From assembly GCA_905233365.1 (NCBI GenBank), contig CAJODT010000018.1:1-59235 (forward strand): a stretch of 59,235 bases of DNA. Reading direction: 5' to 3'. Under the pieces are notes generated by a model. The model did not search any database. It was given only the letters and a program-made list of their open reading frames with translations, and had not been told where the DNA came from. Source of the DNA: an uncultured Succiniclasticum sp. (GTDB lineage Bacteria; Bacillota; Negativicutes; Acidaminococcales; Acidaminococcaceae). Below are positions 19,245 through 30,043 of the stretch, piece after piece. The position numbers and the translations under genes were made by a program. Positions within the stretch are counted from its first letter, which is position 1, and every line of letters starts with the position of its first letter.

Positions 19245-20285
19245 ATGAAATCTTGTAAATGGTTAAAAGCGGCGGCAGTTGCGACGATGGCAATGGCAGC
19301 GATCTGTATGGCGGGTTGCGGCGGTGGCGGCGACAAAAAACCGGCGGCTCCGGCTGCTCCGGCGGCAGGCAAAAAAGTGGAATATAAATTAGCCTACGCA
19401 TTACCGGCAAACCATCCGGTGGCAAAAGGCGTGGAAAGCTTTATTGCTAAAGTAAAAGATAAAACCAAGGGCGAAGTGGTGATCACTTCCTTCCCGGCAG
19501 GCCAGTTGTACAACGACAAGACCATGAACGATGCCATCATGACCGGCGGCGTGGATATGGGCCTGAATACGGTGGGCCGTTGGGCCACCATCATCCCGGC
19601 CATGGAAGTATTTGACGTTCCCTTTGTGTTCCCGGGCTATGAAAAAGTAGATACCGCCATCGACGGCGGCATGGGCAAGGTGCTGGAAGACGAAATGGCC
19701 AAAAAACACGTTAAGGTTGTTTATTGGGCCGACTACGGTTTCGTTCAGTATGCCAACAATAAGAGACCCATCAAAAAACCGGAAGATTTCAAAGGCCTGA
19801 AGATCCGCGGCTACAGCGAGCTGGCTTCCGAAACCATTAAAGCCCTGGGCGCTTCCCCGGTAACCATGGGCGCCGGCGAAGTATACATGGCCCTGCAGCG
19901 CGGCACCATCGACGGACAGTCCTCCGGCGCTCCGGCCATGCGCGACCGCAAGATGTATGAGGTTACCAAATACCTGACCATCACTAACCATGCGTCTCCG
20001 GAATTCGTCGTAGCCATGAACGACAAATCCTATGCCAAGATGAGCGAAGCGCAGCAGAAAGCCTTCATGGAAGCGGCCAAAGAGGTTCGCGACGACCTGC
20101 GCAAGAACGCCAAAGCGGAAGACCTGAAGGGCATCGAAGACCTGAAGGCAAAGGGCATGGAAGTGTATGTAGTGCCTGAAAACGAAATCAAAGACTGGCA
20201 GAAAGCAACCAAACCCGTATGGGATATCTTCACCAAACATGCCGGCGAACAGGGCAAGAAGATCCTGGAAATGTGCACGAAATAA
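19245..20285 (+). CDS. dctP: TRAP transporter substrate-binding lipoprotein (DctP family)
   Basis: Lipobox MAGC. FPAGQL, FDVPF, FKGLKIR (conserved carboxylate-binding Arg) and EVYMALQRGTIDG motifs. Confidence 0.92.
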   Translation: MKSCKWLKAAAVATMAMAAICMAGCGGGGDKKPAAPAAPAAGKKVEYKLAYALPANHPVAKGVESFIAKVKDKTKGEVVITSFPAGQLYNDKTMNDAIMTGGVDMGLNTVGRWATIIPAMEVFDVPFVFPGYEKVDTAIDGGMGKVLEDEMAKKHVKVVYWADYGFVQYANNKRPIKKPEDFKGLKIRGYSELASETIKALGASPVTMGAGEVYMALQRGTIDGQSSGAPAMRDRKMYEVTKYLTITNHASPEFVVAMNDKSYAKMSEAQQKAFMEAAKEVRDDLRKNAKAEDLKGIEDLKAKGMEVYVVPENEIKDWQKATKPVWDIFTKHAGEQGKKILEMCTK

Positions 20286-20412
20286 CTGTTGACTTACAGT
20301 ATAAGAATGCTCCTGCCTGAACGGCAGGATTAGTTCCAAAGTTTATACAGACTGACCTTTACCGCCGGCTGTCATGTTACAGCCGGCGGTATCGCAATAC
20401 AAAAATGGTAAA

Positions 20413-20571
20413 GGAGACACTGGTTAAATGAGTTTGTGCGATGGCCGAGCGCTTTTTGCGACTGACAAGGAAATGACCCGCAGGCGCAGCCGTAGCTGCG
20501 TTAAGGGTCATTGACGCAGTCAGTCACAAAAAGGCGCCGGTCAGCGTGCAGACGAATTAATCAGTGTTTCC
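20413..20571. mobile_element. MITE-like element, full copy (~159 bp)
   Basis: Terminal IRs GGAGACACTGGTTAA / TTAATCAGTGTTTCC. Reverse complement of the copies at 32036 and 45406. Confidence 0.85.
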
Positions 20572-20599
20572 AAAAGATTATAGTAAGTGGGAGACTGAC

Positions 20600-21142
20600 G
20601 TGAAAAGTTTTTTAGCAGTTTACAGGAAATTCTTAATGGGACTGACCCGCGTGGTGGGCATCATTGCCGGACTGCTGCTGTTCATTCCCGCGTTTTCTGT
20701 CGTTTATGAAGTTATCATGAGGGGCGTGTTCAACAGTCCCACGGAGTGGGTGGTGGAGATATCCACCTACTGTGTGACCATTGCGGGCTTCTTTGGCATG
20801 GCTGTGACCTTTGTAGCCAACAAGCATATCAAAGTGGACATCCTGCTTTCCCATTTAAGCAAGCGTACCAATGAGATTTTGAGCGTAGTTACTTCGTTCA
20901 TCGGCATGGTCTTCTGCGGGATCGTAACCATCTATTCAATCGGCATGGTGGCCATGTCCCTGGAGCATGGGATGATCGCGCCTACCACGTTGCGTACCCC
21001 GTTGTGGATTCCGCAGGCCTCGCTGCCCATCGGTTTTGGCCTGATGTTCCTGCATTTTATCCGGACTTTCCTGGAAAATCTGGTGAAGCTGGGCGATCCG
21101 GACTATGATCCGGCTGCGGCGGCAGGGGAGGTGGCAAAATGA
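20600..21142 (+). CDS. dctQ: TRAP transporter small permease
   Basis: EVIMRGVFNSPTEWVVEIS and HIKVDIL motifs with four TM segments. GTG start. Confidence 0.9.
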   Translation: MKSFLAVYRKFLMGLTRVVGIIAGLLLFIPAFSVVYEVIMRGVFNSPTEWVVEISTYCVTIAGFFGMAVTFVANKHIKVDILLSHLSKRTNEILSVVTSFIGMVFCGIVTIYSIGMVAMSLEHGMIAPTTLRTPLWIPQASLPIGFGLMFLHFIRTFLENLVKLGDPDYDPAAAAGEVAK

Positions 21143-22416
21143 TTATTTTGTTCACCGTTATGCTGCTGGTCCTTCTGGCTATCGGCCTGCCCGTAGGCTT
21201 TGCTTTGGGAACGGGCGGCCTGGTGGGGATGCTTCTCTTCATGGGAGGGGAAGGCACCCTGAACCAGATTCCGCTGCTGGCTTACAAATCGTTGGATGAT
21301 TTTGTGCTCTGCGCGGTGCCCCTGTATGTTTTGATGAGCCAGATCCTGCTGGAAGGCAAGGTTGGTAATGACCTGTTCGAGCTGGGCAACAAATGGCTGC
21401 GTCATCTGCCCGGCGGTTTAGGCGCGGCCACCATCGTAGCCTGCGGTATTTTCGCGGCTATCACCGGTTCATCCGCGGCCTGCGCGGTCACCATCGGCGC
21501 CATTGCCATCCCGGAAATGCTGAAACGGAATTATGAACGGACAGTAGTGCTGGGTGCAGTTGCGGCCGGCGGTACGCTGGGCATTCTGATCCCTCCGTCC
21601 ATCCCCATGATCCTCTACGGCGCCATCACCGGCGAATCCATCGGCCAGCTGTTCATGTCCGGTGTAGTTCCCGGCTTCATGCTGACGATCTTCTTTATCG
21701 GTGTGGTGATTTACAAATCCCGCAACCTGCCGCTGGAACCGAAGGCTTCCTGGGATGAGCGGATTTCAGCTTTGAAGACATCCTTCTGGGGTCTGCTGCT
21801 GCCGGTGATCGTGGTGGGCGGCATCTATACCGGTGCTTTCACGCCGACGGAAGCGGCGGCTGTGGGTACGGTCTATTCCCTGTTCATTACATTCTGTGTT
21901 TACAGGACCCTGACCCTGAAGCATATGCCGAATATACTGCTGGGTACGGTAAAGACCACTTCCATGATCTTCTGCATTATGATAGGCGCCACCCTGTTCG
22001 GTTTCGTGCTGACCATCCTGCAGGTACCCCAGGCCCTGACCCTGATGGTAACGGAAATGCAGTTCAGCCGCTGGATATTCTTCATCATGATCAACTGCCT
22101 GCTGCTGTTTTTGGGCTGTATTCTGGAAACGGTTTCCATCATCTTTATTACGGTTCCCATCCTGTATCCCATCATCCTGCAGCTTGGCTTCGATCCCATC
22201 TGGTTCAACGTAATCCTGCAGATCAATATGGAAATGGCCCTGATTACGCCGCCTGTCGGCATGAACCTGTTCGTACTGCAGGGTGTCAGCCCCGACAGCA
22301 AGATGACCCAGATCGTGAAAGGCGTAATCCCTTATGCAGTAGTTATGGGAATTGAAATGCTGATCCTCTGCTTCTTCCCCGGACTGGCGACCTGGCTTCC
22401 CAGCGTGGTGAAATAG
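21139..22416 (+). CDS. dctM: TRAP transporter large permease
   Basis: AITGSS, GTLGILIPPSI, FTPTEAA and ITPPVGMNLF motifs. Confidence 0.95.
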   Translation: MIILFTVMLLVLLAIGLPVGFALGTGGLVGMLLFMGGEGTLNQIPLLAYKSLDDFVLCAVPLYVLMSQILLEGKVGNDLFELGNKWLRHLPGGLGAATIVACGIFAAITGSSAACAVTIGAIAIPEMLKRNYERTVVLGAVAAGGTLGILIPPSIPMILYGAITGESIGQLFMSGVVPGFMLTIFFIGVVIYKSRNLPLEPKASWDERISALKTSFWGLLLPVIVVGGIYTGAFTPTEAAAVGTVYSLFITFCVYRTLTLKHMPNILLGTVKTTSMIFCIMIGATLFGFVLTILQVPQALTLMVTEMQFSRWIFFIMINCLLLFLGCILETVSIIFITVPILYPIILQLGFDPIWFNVILQINMEMALITPPVGMNLFVLQGVSPDSKMTQIVKGVIPYAVVMGIEMLILCFFPGLATWLPSVVK

Positions 22417-22488
22417 GTGTTGTAAACAATTAATAAGATGTGATTGCGAAAAGTCCGGTCTTGCAATCAGCGATTCGATGTTTTACAG

Positions 22489-22517
22489 TTGACACTGAAA
22501 TGCAAAATGAATATAAT
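22489..22517 (+). promoter_or_regulatory. Consensus sigma-A promoter of typA
   Basis: TTGACA-17 nt-TATAAT. Confidence 0.85.
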
Positions 22518-22579
22518 AGTAAAGTCACAGACGGGGATGCTCTGACAGGCATCCTCGTTCTTTTGGTAAAGAAAACCCG

Positions 22580-22665
22580 GGGAACATTGATTCGTTGAGG
22601 GACATTGACGCAGCCAATCGCAAAAAGGCGCCGGTCGGCGTGCAGACGAATTAATCAGTGTTTCC
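22580..22665. mobile_element. MITE, internally deleted copy in the typA leader
   Basis: GGGAACATTGATT...GACATTGACGCAG...GACGAATTAATCAGTGTTTCC matches the 3' half of 20413-20571. Confidence 0.8.
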
Positions 22666-22699
22666 TTATATTTGCGTTTTAAAGAGAGGACAAAGCAGA

Positions 22700-24535
22700 A
22701 TGATCAGGAACGATATCCGTAACATTGCCATCATCGCCCATGTCGATCATGGCAAAACGACGTTAGTGGACGCCATGCTGAAACAGAGCCATATTTTCCG
22801 CGAAAACGAAAAGGTAGCAGAGCGGGTGATGGACTCCAACGACCTGGAGCGGGAACGCGGCATTACTATTTTATCCAAGAACACTTCCGTTATGCATAAG
22901 GGAACCAAGATCAATATTCTGGACACACCGGGCCATGCGGATTTCGGCGGGGAAGTGGAACGGGTGCTCACCATGGTGGACGGCGTGCTGCTGCTGGTGG
23001 ACGCTTACGAAGGTCCCATGCCCCAGACGAAGTATGTGCTGCGCAAGGCGCTGGAGAAACATCTGAAGCCCATCGTGGTCATCAATAAGATCGACCGTCC
23101 GGACCAGCGCGCCACGGAAGTGGTAGACGAGGTGCTGGACCTGTTTATTGAGTTGGAAGCCGATGACGAACAGCTGGAGTTCCCGGTTGTGTATTCTTCG
23201 GCCCGTTCCGGCATTGCCAAACTGTCCATGGATGACAAAAGCGATAACCTGGAACCGCTGTTCCAGGTGATTCTGGACACGATTCCCGCGCCGGATGTGG
23301 ATCCGGACCAGCCGCTGCAGATGCTGGCCAATACCCTGGATTATGATTCCTATGTGGGTCGCATCGTGGTAGGACGCGTGGTGCGCGGTACGATAAAAAA
23401 CGGGCAGCAGATCGCGCTGCTGCATGAAGAGAGGATCGCCATCGAGAAGATCGGACGTCTTTACACCTATCAGGGACTGAAGCGGGTGGAGACTGCTGAA
23501 GTAAAGGCCGGCGATATCGTAGCGCTGATCGGCCTGAGCAATGTGGAGATCGGCGACACCATTGCAGATCCGGAAGAGCCGGAAGCACTGGCAGGCATCA
23601 AAATCGACGAGCCCACCCTGTCCATGGAGTTTCTGGTAAACGACAGCCCCTTTGCAGGCAAGGAGGGCGAGTATGTGACCAGCCGCCATCTTCGCGACCG
23701 CCTCATGAAAGAGATTCAGACTAACGTGGCCATGCGGGTGGAAGAAACGGAAAATACCGATACCTTTATCGTAAAAGGCCGGGGCGAACTGCATCTGTCC
23801 ATTTTGATTGAAACCATGCGCCGGGAAGGCTTTGAACTGCAGGTAGGCAAGCCGAAGGTCATCCTGCGCAAGGATAAAGACGGGCATACCATGGAGCCCA
23901 TGGAGGCGCTGACCATTGACGTGCCCCAGGATTTCATGGGCGTTGTGATGGAAGACCTGGGAACCCGCAAGGCGGAACTGGTGAACATGCACGAAATGGC
24001 CGGCTATATGCGACTGGAATTTAAGATTCCCGCCCGGGGCCTGATCGGTTTCCGCAATCAGTTCCTGACTGACACCAAAGGCAACGGCGTTATGAACCAT
24101 GTGTATGCAGGGTACGATTATTATAAAGGCCCCATCCCGGGGCGCACCCGCGGCAGCCTGGTGGCTTTTGAAAACGGCGAGACCTGTGCCTACGGCATCG
24201 GCAACTGCCAGGAACGGGGTACCATGTATATCACTCCTGGACAGAACGTATATCAGGGCGAAGTTATCGGGGAGAACTCCCGGGATGACGATATGGACGT
24301 GAACCCCTGCAAGAAGAAGCACGTGTCCAACATGCGGGCTTCCGGCAGCGACGACGCCATCCGCCTGATCCCGCCGGTGTTCTTCTCGCTGGAACAGGCG
24401 CTGGAACACATCAACGACGATGAACTGGTGGAGGTTACGCCGAAGAATATCCGCATGCGGAAACGGATACTGGACCGGGTTGAACGGGGACGTATCCGGG
24501 GACGGGCCAAAAATGCCGCTGCCGCTGACAAATAA
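22700..24535 (+). CDS. typA: Translational GTPase TypA/BipA
   Basis: [41 protein letters not shown] and DDELVEVTP motifs. Confidence 0.97.
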   Translation: MIRNDIRNIAIIAHVDHGKTTLVDAMLKQSHIFRENEKVAERVMDSNDLERERGITILSKNTSVMHKGTKINILDTPGHADFGGEVERVLTMVDGVLLLVDAYEGPMPQTKYVLRKALEKHLKPIVVINKIDRPDQRATEVVDEVLDLFIELEADDEQLEFPVVYSSARSGIAKLSMDDKSDNLEPLFQVILDTIPAPDVDPDQPLQMLANTLDYDSYVGRIVVGRVVRGTIKNGQQIALLHEERIAIEKIGRLYTYQGLKRVETAEVKAGDIVALIGLSNVEIGDTIADPEEPEALAGIKIDEPTLSMEFLVNDSPFAGKEGEYVTSRHLRDRLMKEIQTNVAMRVEETENTDTFIVKGRGELHLSILIETMRREGFELQVGKPKVILRKDKDGHTMEPMEALTIDVPQDFMGVVMEDLGTRKAELVNMHEMAGYMRLEFKIPARGLIGFRNQFLTDTKGNGVMNHVYAGYDYYKGPIPGRTRGSLVAFENGETCAYGIGNCQERGTMYITPGQNVYQGEVIGENSRDDDMDVNPCKKKHVSNMRASGSDDAIRLIPPVFFSLEQALEHINDDELVEVTPKNIRMRKRILDRVERGRIRGRAKNAAAADK

Positions 24536-24729
24536 GACGGCTTGACTCCCTGTTTTTTTGTAAAAAATGCGGCGTTTCATCCCCGTATTTCCTGTATTTT
24601 TGACAAAAAATATGAAAAAAACCTGCTTTTTCGGCTTTTTTTTAAGAAAAACTGTTGTGTTTTTTTGGGAATCTGCTACAATATATAGAAAAGGTTGTTT
24701 AAATCAAATGGGATGGAGGCTTTCGCATT

Positions 24730-25083
24730 ATGGATTTTAAGAATTCCGCAATGAAACTGTTCAGTAATGAAGAACCTGTCGATACCTATACCGGTCCGTA
24801 TGTTGTGCGTCCCGGTCAGCTGGACATCCTGGTGCGTACCCCTCATACCTATGAAGACGCGGTTTCCTATGCTGACAGACTGATCGAAGGCTGTGCTGTC
24901 ATGCTGGACTTTTCGGAAGTGGACAAGGAAACGCGCAACCGTATTTTTGATTATATGTGCGGCGTAAGCTATATTGTGAATGCCAGCATATCCAGGGTCA
25001 CCGATACCATTATGATGTATGCGCCGGCCCGTGTGGATGTGGAGAAGCAGGTAGTGAAGAAGACCTCCTGGCTGGGAAGGTAA
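24730..25083 (+). CDS. SepF-like cell division protein
   Basis: P..YEDA...AD.L..G.AV...RIFDYMCGVSY...AP, the C-terminal SepF signature. Confidence 0.7.
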   Translation: MDFKNSAMKLFSNEEPVDTYTGPYVVRPGQLDILVRTPHTYEDAVSYADRLIEGCAVMLDFSEVDKETRNRIFDYMCGVSYIVNASISRVTDTIMMYAPARVDVEKQVVKKTSWLGR

Positions 25084-25225
25084 ACAGGAATGCAGACGGC
25101 TGTCTTTTTGGGCAGCCGTTTTTTTAGTTGCCAATCTGTGTAAAAAAGATTAAAATATAATGTAAGAAAGCAATTGATAAGGAAACGGGAGCTCGTTGTT
25201 TCCTGCAAAAACAGGAGGAATAATC

Positions 25226-26473
25226 ATGTCTCATAAAGTTATCCAGGTTGAAGAACGCGTGCCGCTGCTGATGAATATCCCGCTGAGCCTGCAGCATCTG
25301 TTTGCCATGTTCGGCGCCACGGTACTGGTACCGTTCCTGTTTAAATTGAATCCCAACACCTGCCTCTTCATGAACGGTGTGGGGACCCTTCTGTACATCT
25401 TTCTTACGAAAGGAAAGATCCCTTCGTATCTTGGTTCCAGCTTTGCTTTCATTTCTCCTGTGCTTCTGATCATGGCGACCCATCCGTATTCGGATGCCCA
25501 GTCGGGTTTCATCGTATTCGGCCTGTTGTTCGTCCTGTTCTCATTTATTGTTAAGATGATGGGAACAAAATGGATCGACTTCATCTTCCCGCCTGCCGCG
25601 ATGGGAGCCATTGTTTCCATCATCGGTCTGGAGCTGGCCCCGACGGCTGCATCCATGGCCGGGCTGGTAGGGGATAAAATTGAAATGAACAACGTGATGG
25701 TTTCCGTATTTACGTTGCTGGTCACCGTCATCGGTTCCGTTGCCTTTAAAGGGTTTATGGCCATTATCCCCATCCTGTTCGGGGTGGTCTGCGGCTATGT
25801 CCTGGCCTTTTTCCTGGGTATGGTGGATATGACTCCCGTGATCAATGCGCCCTGGTTTGCCGTTCCGCAGTTTTCCGCGCCGACCTTCAATATGGATGCT
25901 ATTGCCATTATTGCGCCGGCGGCGCTGGTGGTGCTGACCGAACACATCGGCCACCTGATGGTGACCGGAAATATCGTGGGACGGGATCTGATGAAGGATC
26001 CCGGTCTGGATCGCTCCCTGTTTGCGGACGGCTGCTCCAATATCCTGTCCGGTCTGTTCGGCGCAACTCCGAATACCACGTACGGTGAGAATATCGGCGT
26101 CATGGCGATTACCAAAGTCTACAGCGTCTGGGTCATCGGCGGCGCGGCGGTGTTTGCCATCCTGTTATCCTTTATCGGCAAGCTGAGCCAGCTGATCCAC
26201 GGTATCCCGGGTCCGGTCATGGGCGGCGTCTGCATGCTGCTGTTCGGCGTCATTGCCGCTTCCGGATTCCGTCTTCTGGTAGAGCAGAAGGTGGATTACA
26301 GCAAATCCCGCAACCTGACCATGACGGCCGTGGTTATGATCGTAGGCCTGTCCGGCGCCAAGCTGACCTTTGGCACTGTTACGGTACAGGGCATGGTACT
26401 GGCCACGCTGGTAGCCATCCTGTTAAGCCTGCTGTTTCATCTGTTTGAACACATGGGATTGCTGGAAGAATAG
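25226..26473 (+). CDS. uraA: Uracil permease (NCS2 family)
   Basis: QHLFAMFGATVLVP, YLGSSFAFI, EHIGH and PNTTYGENIGV motifs. Confidence 0.93.
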   Translation: MSHKVIQVEERVPLLMNIPLSLQHLFAMFGATVLVPFLFKLNPNTCLFMNGVGTLLYIFLTKGKIPSYLGSSFAFISPVLLIMATHPYSDAQSGFIVFGLLFVLFSFIVKMMGTKWIDFIFPPAAMGAIVSIIGLELAPTAASMAGLVGDKIEMNNVMVSVFTLLVTVIGSVAFKGFMAIIPILFGVVCGYVLAFFLGMVDMTPVINAPWFAVPQFSAPTFNMDAIAIIAPAALVVLTEHIGHLMVTGNIVGRDLMKDPGLDRSLFADGCSNILSGLFGATPNTTYGENIGVMAITKVYSVWVIGGAAVFAILLSFIGKLSQLIHGIPGPVMGGVCMLLFGVIAASGFRLLVEQKVDYSKSRNLTMTAVVMIVGLSGAKLTFGTVTVQGMVLATLVAILLSLLFHLFEHMGLLEE

Positions 26474-26520
26474 AGAACAGTATACTGATGCTTTAGTATA
26501 AAGAAAAGGAGGTGTTCCGG

Positions 26521-29058
26521 ATGCAGCATAAAGGTATGCTTGATTTTTTCAAAAAACATAACCAGCCTCTTTCCGTGCCTGAATTCCTGGAGCATTCTTC
26601 TTATGACGAACTGGTAGAGATCGACCTGAATACAAATCGCTACAAATTTGTGTATAACGTAGCGGATAAATATTACCTGCCTGTAACCGAAGGCGCATTT
26701 GATGAATTCTGCAACTACGCTGTCGAGCATCTGATCCATCCGGATGAAGCCGGGCTGTATGCGGATGTGATGGATCCGGATACGATGTTGGAGCGGCTGG
26801 CGGCGGAAGAACCTAAAGACACGTTTGAATTCCAGTTCCGGTCAAGCGATATGAAAGGCGGCTGGCGCTGGATCGACTCCATCCTGCTGACAGGGCCTCT
26901 TCACGGGCTGCCGGAGGGTATCGTCAGATGCTATATCTTTGATATCCAGAATATCAAGGACCGGGAGGCGGGCCGTACCCTGGTAACCCGGGAGGAAAGC
27001 GCCGTCCTATTAGATCCCCTGACCGGGCTCAAGCGGGAAAAGGATTATTTCCGTTCTGTGGAGGCGGCGCTGAAGAGCCATCCGGAAAAGAAATGGATGA
27101 TGCTCGTCTTTGATATTGAGCACTTCAAGCTGTTTAACGAATGGTACGGACATGATAAGGGGGATATGGTTCTTGCCCGGATCGGGGCAGGCCTGCGTAA
27201 AGATGCCAATAATCTGAATGGGATAGCGGGATACCTGGGCAACGACGATTTTTCCCTGTTCGTGCCTGCCGGAAGCCTGCAGCCGGAGGAATTGTTTGAA
27301 AGCATCCGCAGGGTCATCGTACGTTACGGCGTGTCCGTAGGCTTCCTTCCTGCCATCGGGATCAGCTGTTCCGATCCGAACGATACGGTGATGCATCTTT
27401 TTGATGAAGCAAGCCTGGCCATGCACAATGCCAAAGCGGATTTCAAAAACCGTATCTGTTATTTTGATCCTTCCATGTACAAAATCATCGCTTCTGACTA
27501 TAAGCTCCTTTCGGATTTTCAGGAGGCGCTGAAAAATAAGGAGATTACGTTTTTCCTGCAACCCCAGTGCAGGGCGGCGACAGCGAAGATCGTGGGCGCC
27601 GAGGCGCTGGCCCGCTGGGTGAAGCCGGACGGCACGATGATTTCCCCGCTCGTATTTGTTCCGGTTTTGGAAAAATACGGTTTTATCCCGGATTTGGACA
27701 AGTTTATCTGGGAAGAGGTATGCCGCTGGCTGCAGAGCTGCGAAGCGCGGGGACTGCCGCTGGTTCCTGTTTCCGTAAACGTGTCAGTGGTCGATATCTT
27801 TACATTCAATGTTCCCGATTATATTAAGTCTCTGGTAGAGAAATACAACCTGCCTAAAAAGGCGCTGAAAGTGGAAATCACCGAATCTGCCGTGGGCGAA
27901 GACTCCGAAAAGGTCAGGGAAGTGGTGCAGATCCTCCGGAGAAACGGTTTCACGGTGCTGATGGACGATTTCGGCAGCGGGTATTCTTCGCTGAACATGC
28001 TCCACGAGCTGAACATTGACGTGCTGAAGATGGACGCGCACTTCCTGAAGATGGATGAGGCCACCATTGAAAAGGGAATCCACATTCTGGAATCCATCGT
28101 GTACATGGCAAAATCCATGCGGCTTCCGATCATCGTGGAGGGCGTAGAGAACCAGGGGCAGAAGGAGTATCTGCAGAGCCTGGGCTGCCAGTACGTACAG
28201 GGTTACTATTTTTACAAACCGGTGCATATCCAGGAGTTTGAGGAACTGATCACCAACCCGTACAATATTGACGGGCGGGGTTTCGTGTTCATTGCCAACG
28301 AAGAATTCCGGGTCAGGGAATTCCTGAATGACGCGGTGTACAGCGACGCCATGCTGAACAATATCCTGGGGCCTGCGGCCATGTACTCCTGGTACAAGGA
28401 AGACGTAAATATCATCCGCTTTAACCAGAAATTCCAGGAAGTGGTGGACGTACCGGACTTCAGCGACCGGCTGGAGGGCATCCAGCGCTTTATGCCGCCT
28501 GCGGACAGGAAGCTGCTGTTCAGTACACTGGAGAAGGCAAGGCTGGACAAAATGAACGGGGCCAGCGCCGTAATGGCCTTTGGCCGGGTCGACGGCAGCT
28601 ATTCCCGTTTCTGGATTCATTTCTATTATCTGGACGAAGCGGAAGGACGGATGCGTTTTTACGGTTCTGCCAGGGACGTGACAGAGCTTACGAACCTGAA
28701 CAGGCACATGGACCTGCTTTCCCGTTTCCTTTCGGAATGCGTTATTTTCCTGATCAATCATCACGGCGTGTATTCCTACCAGGTAGCGGCCCAGGGTCTG
28801 GAAAAGGAAATGCAGATATCCAGGGAGCAGATGGAGAAAGAACTGAACTCCGGCAGCTTCTTCCTGCGTATTGCAAGAAAAGACAGGAAACGGATCATCC
28901 GGCTGGGTGTGGACGCGGTAGAAAAAAAGGAAAACTTTATTTCCACATTTGCCATGACCATGGAGAATGGAGAAAAGAGAGACTTCTTCCTGAAAGGGGA
29001 CATCGTGGAGGATGACACAAGCGATGTAAAATGCATCCTGTCCATCCGCCGCGAATAA
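26521..29058 (+). CDS. PAS-GGDEF-EAL protein, probably a c-di-GMP phosphodiesterase
   Basis: Degenerate GGDEF (GNDDF). Intact EAL, EITE, DDFGSGYSS, EGVE and QGYY motifs. PAS-like segments at both ends. Confidence 0.88.
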   Translation: MQHKGMLDFFKKHNQPLSVPEFLEHSSYDELVEIDLNTNRYKFVYNVADKYYLPVTEGAFDEFCNYAVEHLIHPDEAGLYADVMDPDTMLERLAAEEPKDTFEFQFRSSDMKGGWRWIDSILLTGPLHGLPEGIVRCYIFDIQNIKDREAGRTLVTREESAVLLDPLTGLKREKDYFRSVEAALKSHPEKKWMMLVFDIEHFKLFNEWYGHDKGDMVLARIGAGLRKDANNLNGIAGYLGNDDFSLFVPAGSLQPEELFESIRRVIVRYGVSVGFLPAIGISCSDPNDTVMHLFDEASLAMHNAKADFKNRICYFDPSMYKIIASDYKLLSDFQEALKNKEITFFLQPQCRAATAKIVGAEALARWVKPDGTMISPLVFVPVLEKYGFIPDLDKFIWEEVCRWLQSCEARGLPLVPVSVNVSVVDIFTFNVPDYIKSLVEKYNLPKKALKVEITESAVGEDSEKVREVVQILRRNGFTVLMDDFGSGYSSLNMLHELNIDVLKMDAHFLKMDEATIEKGIHILESIVYMAKSMRLPIIVEGVENQGQKEYLQSLGCQYVQGYYFYKPVHIQEFEELITNPYNIDGRGFVFIANEEFRVREFLNDAVYSDAMLNNILGPAAMYSWYKEDVNIIRFNQKFQEVVDVPDFSDRLEGIQRFMPPADRKLLFSTLEKARLDKMNGASAVMAFGRVDGSYSRFWIHFYYLDEAEGRMRFYGSARDVTELTNLNRHMDLLSRFLSECVIFLINHHGVYSYQVAAQGLEKEMQISREQMEKELNSGSFFLRIARKDRKRIIRLGVDAVEKKENFISTFAMTMENGEKRDFFLKGDIVEDDTSDVKCILSIRRE

Positions 29059-29067
29059 AGAAAACTA

Positions 29068-29107
29068 AAAAGCTGTCAGGTTTTGAAAAACCCGGCAGCT
29101 TGTTTTA
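29068..29107. terminator. Terminator between convergent genes
   Basis: AAGCTGTCAGGTTTT-G-AAAAACCCGGCAGCTT hairpin. Confidence 0.55.
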
Positions 29108-29123
29108 TTTGCGGTTGTGGAGA

Positions 29124-29465
29124 TTACGGATGTGACGGCGATGACCATTCGCCGGCTTTCAGCGTTTTGGAAGCGTCCTTAAATGTCTGCAGCAGTTCCG
29201 GCGAACCGGCCGTGTAATTCTGGCAGAGCGTTTGCAATTCCATGAAGGTTTTGCATTCACTGCCCCAAAGGTAACGGCCTTCACCGTCATAGCAGGCCAG
29301 CACCAGGTTCTGTTTGGCCCGGACCGGCGTTTTGCCGTTGTCGTCGGTGACCGTAATGTATGTGTCACCGGGAAAGTCCATGACGTATGTCACGGCGCCG
29401 TCTTCCTCTGTTTCTTCCAGAAAACCTAAAAGCGAAAACTCTTTGGCTAAATCTAACATGAGCAA
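29124..29465 (-). CDS. Hypothetical protein
   Basis: GGAGGG RBS, plausible composition and a clean intergenic position. Confidence 0.65.
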   Translation of the reverse strand: MLMLDLAKEFSLLGFLEETEEDGAVTYVMDFPGDTYITVTDDNGKTPVRAKQNLVLACYDGEGRYLWGSECKTFMELQTLCQNYTAGSPELLQTFKDASKTLKAGEWSSPSHP

Positions 29466-29716
29466 TCACCCTCCTTCTTTTGCAGGAATATTGTTTCGGT
29501 AAAAATCCGCGAAATGGTTGCGTCCGTTGCGTCGCTCCCGTTTTGTCCGGATATGTTACTTATTTTAATTTTTGCTTTTTTATTTTACCACGAATCGAAA
29601 GTGTTGTATAATTAAAAATGAAATTGGAAGTTGGCAGGCGAAGCGGATTATGAAAATGAGAATACGAATAGGGAGCCGCGCTTATTTTGGCGAGGGTCAG
29701 AACCGGGAGGCTGTGT

Positions 29717-29932
29717 TTGAATAAAGCGGAGAATCAAAAAGAAAACAAAATACGTCCGGGCATGCAGGTAGAATTTATCTGCCCCAAATGCGGTACGCAT
29801 CTGGCCTGGGCCTTGCCGGATATGGAGATGAACTGCCCGAAGTGCGGTAACTGGGTAACCTATGAAAACCGGAAAAAACCGAAACTGGACCTGATGCTGC
29901 CGACGGACGACGACCAGCTTACGTTATTTTAA
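29717..29932 (+). CDS. Small zinc-ribbon protein
   Basis: Two CPKCG motifs. TTG start after GGGAGG. C-terminal QLTLF. Confidence 0.65.
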   Translation: MNKAENQKENKIRPGMQVEFICPKCGTHLAWALPDMEMNCPKCGNWVTYENRKKPKLDLMLPTDDDQLTLF

Positions 29933-30043
29933 GGAAACGCTGATTAAATATGCCGGTGTGTCTTCCGACAGGGAAACAGGCGAGTTAACCGGTGGTTCCT
30001 TACGTTTTGCAGTGAAAAATAATAAAAGAAAGAGGCGTGGACT

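Noticed and set aside
22871-24580. 569-aa minus-strand ORF
   Set aside because: Antisense shadow of typA caused by codon bias; no recognisable motifs.
25140-25225. PyrR attenuator upstream of uraA
   Set aside because: No AGTCC...AGGCT binding loop or leader terminator is visible.
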